64,000 nucleotides of DNA, taken from positions 44,553-108,552 of the forward strand of contig CAYOHR010000004.1 of the NCBI GenBank assembly GCA_964403835.1. Direction: 5' to 3'. Origin of the DNA: an uncultured Flavobacteriales bacterium (GTDB lineage: Bacteria; Bacteroidota; Bacteroidia; Flavobacteriales_G; JALEGO01). The notes under the pieces are model-generated. The model was given only the letters and a program-made list of their open reading frames with translations, did not search any database and was not told the DNA's origin. A program made the position numbers and the translations under genes. Shown piece after piece: positions 59,051 to 64,000 of the stretch (the first letter of the stretch is position 1; every line of letters starts with the position of its first letter).

Positions 59051-61177
59051 ATGTCCGAAATCATCATTCAACATATAAGCCAGGTTCTTTCTATTGCAAA
59101 ATCGCAAGTTAAGGCCACGGTTCAATTATTAGATACAGGGGCCACCATTCCCTTCATTTCGCGCTATAGAAAGGAAGCAACCGGGAGTTTAGATGAGGTT
59201 CAAATTGCGGCCATTGAAAACGAGTTAAAAAAGTACCAGGAGCTCGTTAAACGGCGAGAAGCCATTCTGAAAAGCATGACCGAGCAAAATTTGTTGACCA
59301 AAGAATTGGCCCAAAAAATTAATGAATGCTGGAATTTAGCCGAGTTAGAAGATATTTACCTTCCCTATAAACCAAAAAGAAAAACAAGAGCTACCGCAGC
59401 CCGTGAAAAGGGCTTAGAACCATTGGCAAAACTCATTTTTGATCAGTTTGAACATCACATCGATCAAAAAATACCCCAGTTTATCAATGAGCAGGTACCT
59501 GATGTGGAAGCGGCCTTAGAAGGAGCCAGAGATATTATGGCCGAATGGATCAATGAAAGCCAAAAAGCCAGAACCCTGATTCGGAATTTATTTGAACAAG
59601 AAGCCGTAATCAGTTCCAAAGTTATTGCTAAAAAGGAGGTTGAAGCCGTTAAATACCAAGATTATTTCGAATACAGCGAGCCTTTGAAGAAATGCCCCAG
59701 TCACCGGTTGTTAGCGGTTCGTAGGGCTGAGGAAGAAGGATTTTTACGTGTATCGATCTCCATCGACGAAGAAAAAGCGGTGGAGCGATTAAAAAATATT
59801 TTTGTTCGGGGTCAAAACGCCTGTGCTCCTCATATCATTTTAGCCATTAAAGATTCGTATAAGCGATTATTGGGGCCATCTATTGAAACCGAATTTGCCA
59901 ATCTTTCCAAAGAAAAGGCTGATGAGGAAGCCATACAGGTATTTGCTGAAAATTTGCGGCAATTATTAATGGCAGCGCCTTTGGGCTCTAAAAGTGTATT
60001 GGCCATGGATCCCGGATTTAGAACCGGTTGTAAAATTGTTTGTTTGAACGAACAGGGAAATTTGCTCGATCATACAGCTATTTATCCGCATCCGCCTCAA
60101 AATCAATACCAAGAATCGAAAGAAATCATTCAAAAATGGGTTCAGAAATACAATGTAAAGGCCATTGCGATTGGCAATGGAACAGCGGGACGAGAAACAG
60201 AACGGTTTGTTAAATCGGTTTTGGAGCCACAAAAAGAAGTAGAGGTTTTTATGGTGAATGAGGCAGGAGCTTCTATTTATTCGGCTTCAGAAATTGCGCG
60301 TGAAGAGTTTGCAGACCTGGATTTAACCGTTCGGGGTGCCATTTCTATCGGGCGAAGATTAATGGACCCTTTAGCTGAATTAGTAAAAATTGATGCTAAA
60401 TCCATTGGTGTGGGCCAATATCAGCATGATGTAAATCAAGAAAAATTAAAAAATAATTTAGATCAGGTGGTCAGTTCGGCTGTAAATCAGGTGGGGGTGA
60501 ATTTGAATACTTCCAGTCAGCATTTATTGCGCTATGTTTCGGGTATTGGTCCGGCTTTGGCAAAATCTATTGTGGCTCATCGGGCGGCAAACGGGGCATT
60601 TAAAAGCCGGAAAGAACTATTAAAAGTGGCTGGTTTAGGGGCAAAAGCCTTTGAACAATCGGCCGGATTTTTACGAATAAAATCGGGGGAACATCCTTTA
60701 GATAATAGTGCGGTACACCCCGAGGCGTACCCGGTGGTGCAAAAAATGGTAAAAGATATTGGGGTACCCATGCAGGAAGTGGTTGGAAATACTTCCCAGG
60801 TTCAGAAAATAGATATCAAAAAATATGTGAACGAGCAGTTTGGATTGCCCACTTTAAAGGATATTTTAAAAGAATTAGAAAAACCCGGTTTAGATCCGCG
60901 TGGAAGCGCTGAAACCTTTTCGTTTTCGGAGCAAATTTACGATATAAAAGATTTGCAATTAGATATGCGTTTACCCGGCGTAGTTACTAACTTAGCTAAG
61001 TTTGGAGCCTTTGTAGATATTGGTATTAAAGAGAATGGTTTGTTGCATATTTCGCAAATAGCCAATCATTTTATAAAAGATCCGTCGGAGGTATTAAAGC
61101 TCGATCAAAAAGTAATGGTAAAAGTGGTGGGGATAGACCTGGATCGGAAAAGGATACAACTGAGTATGAAGGATTAA
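59051..61177 (+). CDS. tex: Tex-family RNA-binding protein
   Basis: GATIPFISRYRKEATG, DPGFRTGCK, IGNGTAGRE, EAGASIYSAS, IGVGQYQHD, C-terminal S1 domain. Confidence 0.95.
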   Translation: MSEIIIQHISQVLSIAKSQVKATVQLLDTGATIPFISRYRKEATGSLDEVQIAAIENELKKYQELVKRREAILKSMTEQNLLTKELAQKINECWNLAELEDIYLPYKPKRKTRATAAREKGLEPLAKLIFDQFEHHIDQKIPQFINEQVPDVEAALEGARDIMAEWINESQKARTLIRNLFEQEAVISSKVIAKKEVEAVKYQDYFEYSEPLKKCPSHRLLAVRRAEEEGFLRVSISIDEEKAVERLKNIFVRGQNACAPHIILAIKDSYKRLLGPSIETEFANLSKEKADEEAIQVFAENLRQLLMAAPLGSKSVLAMDPGFRTGCKIVCLNEQGNLLDHTAIYPHPPQNQYQESKEIIQKWVQKYNVKAIAIGNGTAGRETERFVKSVLEPQKEVEVFMVNEAGASIYSASEIAREEFADLDLTVRGAISIGRRLMDPLAELVKIDAKSIGVGQYQHDVNQEKLKNNLDQVVSSAVNQVGVNLNTSSQHLLRYVSGIGPALAKSIVAHRAANGAFKSRKELLKVAGLGAKAFEQSAGFLRIKSGEHPLDNSAVHPEAYPVVQKMVKDIGVPMQEVVGNTSQVQKIDIKKYVNEQFGLPTLKDILKELEKPGLDPRGSAETFSFSEQIYDIKDLQLDMRLPGVVTNLAKFGAFVDIGIKENGLLHISQIANHFIKDPSEVLKLDQKVMVKVVGIDLDRKRIQLSMKD

Positions 61178-62541
61178 ATGTTTTGCTCATCTTTTATTTG
61201 TTTTTGAAACCAAACTAAATAGGGCTCTAGTTGACTAACTAAATAATAAGGCAGATTTAATAATTGATATTTTTTTCCGGAGGGGAGTGTAATTTTTGAA
61301 ATAGAAATTTCACCTGCATAAAACCGAATAGCCATATGGTGTGGGGCACTATCCATAAAAAGCTGTAGTGATTTTAATTTACCTTCAGTACCTGATTTTA
61401 CTTCTATTGGAATTAATCTTCCATCATACCTATAAACAAAATCTACTTCTGCCGAGGAACCTTTTTTTTCTCGTACCCAAAAATGAAGTTTACTTAATGA
61501 GTTGAACTGAAAAGCGAGTAATTCTTGACCTATAAGATGTTCTATCATAATACCCTGATAAATGTTGCTCAAGTCTTGTGTTCCTATTATTTCTTTTTGG
61601 ATACCTATAAAATAGTTAAGCATACCGCTGTCCAATACCTGTAAACGAGGTGATTTTTTTATATCTGGGAGTATAGGTAAATTTGTAGTTGAAATTGGAT
61701 AAATTAATTGAAGTAAAAGAGCATTTTCTAATATACGTAGTGATTCTCCCATTTCTCGGGATCGATATACGGAATTTCCAAAACCTTCGAATTTAATTCG
61801 TTTACCTGCTTGTGAAAAGGAAGTGCGTATGGCATGCCTTATATGCAAAATTTGAGAAGAGTTGGTAGCGTATTTTTCAACATCTTCAAGGTAAGATGTA
61901 ATGAGTGAATCATAAATGGGAGTTAGGGCTGAAAGATCCCTGTTTTCGCTATAATGTTTCACTATTTCTGGCATTCCTCCAATGAGGGCGAATGTATGAA
62001 ACAGTTGAAGTAATTTATTATGAGTAAATGATGCCGCTGGGATTTGCTGTAATTTTTGTAATGCAGCAGTTTCCCCCATGGCTTCTAAAAATTCAGGGAA
62101 AGAAATGGGCCTTAATACCTTATATTCTACCCGACCTACAGGAAAACGAATGTTTTTATCAAACAAGGTTTCTAGCATGCTTCCGGCTGCAATGACTGCA
62201 ATATTTGGTTCCGTTTCATAAAAATATCGCAATATATTTAAAGCATTTGGTACCTCTTGTATTTCATCAATAAACACGAGGGTTTTATTTTTAATTTCCA
62301 GCGATTTGTTTTTAATAAAAAAAATTGACTCAAGTAAAGACCCTATAGTTTTAAAGTTTTCAAAAGGAGCTTTATCTTCCGGAATTTCAAGATTTAAATA
62401 AATATATTGCTCAAATTGGTTGGCAAATTCATTTACTAAAGTAGTTTTTCCTACTTGTCTCGCGCCTCTTATAATTAAAGGTTTACGATTAGGTTTTATA
62501 ACCCATTTCTCTAATTCGTTAAGTAGTTGTCGTTTAATCAT
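61174..62541 (-). CDS. AAA-family ATPase with DUF4143 / PD-(D/E)xK-like C-terminus
   Basis: GARQVGKT, VFIDEIQ, AAGS, FPVGRV, GGMPE, EVDFV..IPIEVKSG. Confidence 0.88.
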   Translation of the reverse strand: MIKRQLLNELEKWVIKPNRKPLIIRGARQVGKTTLVNEFANQFEQYIYLNLEIPEDKAPFENFKTIGSLLESIFFIKNKSLEIKNKTLVFIDEIQEVPNALNILRYFYETEPNIAVIAAGSMLETLFDKNIRFPVGRVEYKVLRPISFPEFLEAMGETAALQKLQQIPAASFTHNKLLQLFHTFALIGGMPEIVKHYSENRDLSALTPIYDSLITSYLEDVEKYATNSSQILHIRHAIRTSFSQAGKRIKFEGFGNSVYRSREMGESLRILENALLLQLIYPISTTNLPILPDIKKSPRLQVLDSGMLNYFIGIQKEIIGTQDLSNIYQGIMIEHLIGQELLAFQFNSLSKLHFWVREKKGSSAEVDFVYRYDGRLIPIEVKSGTEGKLKSLQLFMDSAPHHMAIRFYAGEISISKITLPSGKKYQLLNLPYYLVSQLEPYLVWFQKQIKDEQNI

Positions 62542-62646
62542 GTAACAAAGATAGGGTAAATTATGTTATTTTTTGTAACAAAGATAGGGTAAATATTGCT
62601 TTTATTTGTAATAAAGATAGGGTGTTTTTTGTGATAAAATAGGAGT
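62541..62646 (-). repeat. Direct-repeat array (20-bp unit, 33-bp period) containing -7 promoter boxes and overlapping the ATPase start codon
   Basis: TGTAACAAAGATAGGGTAAA at 62541 and 62574, TGTAATAAAGATAGGGT at 62607, degenerate copy at 62630. Confidence 0.85.
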
Positions 62647-62809
62647 TATTATAATCAAGGCAATATAATTTAGCCTAATTAGCCAAGAATAGTTGCGTTT
62701 GCAAAACATACATCTTTTTTATAATATTTAAGTTGTTTTGACGTTCATAAGAAGAACTATTTTCAAAAAATGACATGATCAATTCAACAAAGGTTCAAAT
62801 TATTTCCAT

Positions 62810-62817
62810 TACTTTTG
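62810..62817 (+). promoter_or_regulatory. -7 promoter box (TACTTTTG) for the TonB-dependent receptor
   Basis: Exact match 7 nt before the ATG at 62825. Confidence 0.5.
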
Positions 62818-62824
62818 AAATCCA

Positions 62825-64000
62825 ATGAAATTGAGTGTCCAAATAAGGTATATACTTTTATTGATAATTCTGGGCAAATTTTCTGCTGCTTACTCGCAAA
62901 CCTGTATAGTTACAGGAAAAATTACGGATGTAAACCAAGAGCCTATTCCGGCTGTTTTTATCTCTTTAAAAGAGGATAAAAAGGTGTTTGTATTAACGGA
63001 CAAAGAAGGAAATTTTTCGTTTTCTATCCCGGATGATCAAAATCAGCACTCTTTAACCATTAGTCACTCAACATTTAAAGAAAAAAAAGAAAATGTACAA
63101 TGCGGTCAACGGATTAAATTATCCATCATTTTAGAGTTAAAAGCAAATACCTTAACCGGAGTGGAAATTAGCGGAAAAGAAGAAAAACCGGCTAATATGG
63201 AGAAAATTAATATTAAAAATTTCCAGGCCCTCAGCAGTGCATCGGGCAGCGTGGAATCGATGTTATATTCGCAAGGAGCTACTTCGCGGAATGAGTTAAG
63301 CAGCCAGTATTCAGTACGTGGAGGTAATTTTGATGAAAACTTAATTTATGTAAACGATGTTGAAATATATCGCCCTTTTTTGGTGCGCTCAGGTCAACAA
63401 GAGGGTTTAAGCTTTTTAAATGCGAATTTGGTTCAAGACTTATATTTTTCGGCCGGCGGTTTTGAATCGCGGTATGGCGATAAAATGTCATCGGTGTTGG
63501 ATGTTACCTATAAAACACCCAAAGATTATGCAGCTACCATAGAAGCCAGTTTATTAGGCGGAGCGGTTACGTTTGAAGGGGCATCAAAAGATTATCGTTT
63601 TACTCAAATTCACGGGTTTCGATACAGAACAAACCAGTATTTATTAGGCGCTTTAGAAACGCAAGGCGCATACAAACCCGTTTTTTTAGATTATCAAACC
63701 TTTCTTAAATATGAAATAAACGATGAATTGGATATTAGTTTTTTAGGGCATATTTCATCCAATAGATACAATTTTACGCCTGAAAGTCGCCAAACGGATT
63801 TTGGCACCATTCAACAAGCCATCCGTTTATCCGTTTTCTTCGAAGGACAAGAAAAGAACGCTTTTGATACCTATTTAGGCGCGTTTACCTTTCATTATAA
63901 ACCTAATCTTAAAAACGATTTTAAGTGGATCAGTTCTTGTTTTTTATCGAACGAACGTGAATATTTTGATGTATTAGGGCAATATCGCTTAAGTGAACTG
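62825..64000 (+). CDS. TonB-dependent receptor with carboxypeptidase-regulatory-like N-domain (partial, runs off the window end; not in the ORF track)
   Basis: MKLSVQIRYILLLIIL.., VTGKITD..EPI, RNELSSQYSVRGGNFDENLIYVNDVEIYRPFLVRSGQQEGLSF, YGDKMSSVLD plug motifs. Confidence 0.88.
   Translation, partial: MKLSVQIRYILLLIILGKFSAAYSQTCIVTGKITDVNQEPIPAVFISLKEDKKVFVLTDKEGNFSFSIPDDQNQHSLTISHSTFKEKKENVQCGQRIKLSIILELKANTLTGVEISGKEEKPANMEKINIKNFQALSSASGSVESMLYSQGATSRNELSSQYSVRGGNFDENLIYVNDVEIYRPFLVRSGQQEGLSFLNANLVQDLYFSAGGFESRYGDKMSSVLDVTYKTPKDYAATIEASLLGGAVTFEGASKDYRFTQIHGFRYRTNQYLLGALETQGAYKPVFLDYQTFLKYEINDELDISFLGHISSNRYNFTPESRQTDFGTIQQAIRLSVFFEGQEKNAFDTYLGAFTFHYKPNLKNDFKWISSCFLSNEREYFDVLGQYRLSEL

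Noticed and set aside
62541-62646. CRISPR or mini-CRISPR interpretation of the repeat-spacer pattern
   Set aside because: The repeat (20 bp) and spacers (13 bp) are too short, the repeat is non-palindromic and overlaps a start codon, and there are no cas genes in the window.
470-63491. The many 60-150-aa ORFs overlapping larger genes (e.g. 470-691, 15538-15873, 18511-18960, 20399-20782, 31614-31925, 54307-54633, 63279-63491)
   Set aside because: They are antisense or alternate-frame shadows of well-supported genes, with no motifs of their own.

Overview
An AT-rich chromosomal window from a Bacteroidota bacterium, identified by T9SS cargo proteins, PorP/SprF, TAnnTTTG promoter boxes and the long IspH form. 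Housekeeping genes include the gmd/fcl GDP-fucose pair (gmd frameshifted), mlaFE, PTPS-folE, fabD, rsmD, rimP-nusA-infB, hemB, fabH, ispH, the SRP RNA, priA, rlpA and tex. They are interleaved with many secreted or surface proteins. The best candidates for undescribed biology are: (1) a ~14.5 kb surface island (31.2-45.7 kb) linking a large T9SS cargo, a tiny Pro/Cys-rich PID-CTERM peptide, its exosortase and accessory protein, an orphan SdpA/SdpB-like (DUF5819 + HTTM) pair, a membrane methyltransferase, a PorP-SPOR fusion and a fibre-like protein; (2) a QueF-fold protein lacking the catalytic Cys; (3) a T9SS cargo carrying a reelin-subrepeat-like domain; (4) a 33-bp-period promoter-box array running into the start codon of an AAA/DUF4143 gene; and (5) a LytTR-type direct repeat in front of an unannotated small ORF. 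No CRISPR array, rRNA, tRNA or transposase was seen. All family assignments come from motif recognition by eye, not from database searches.
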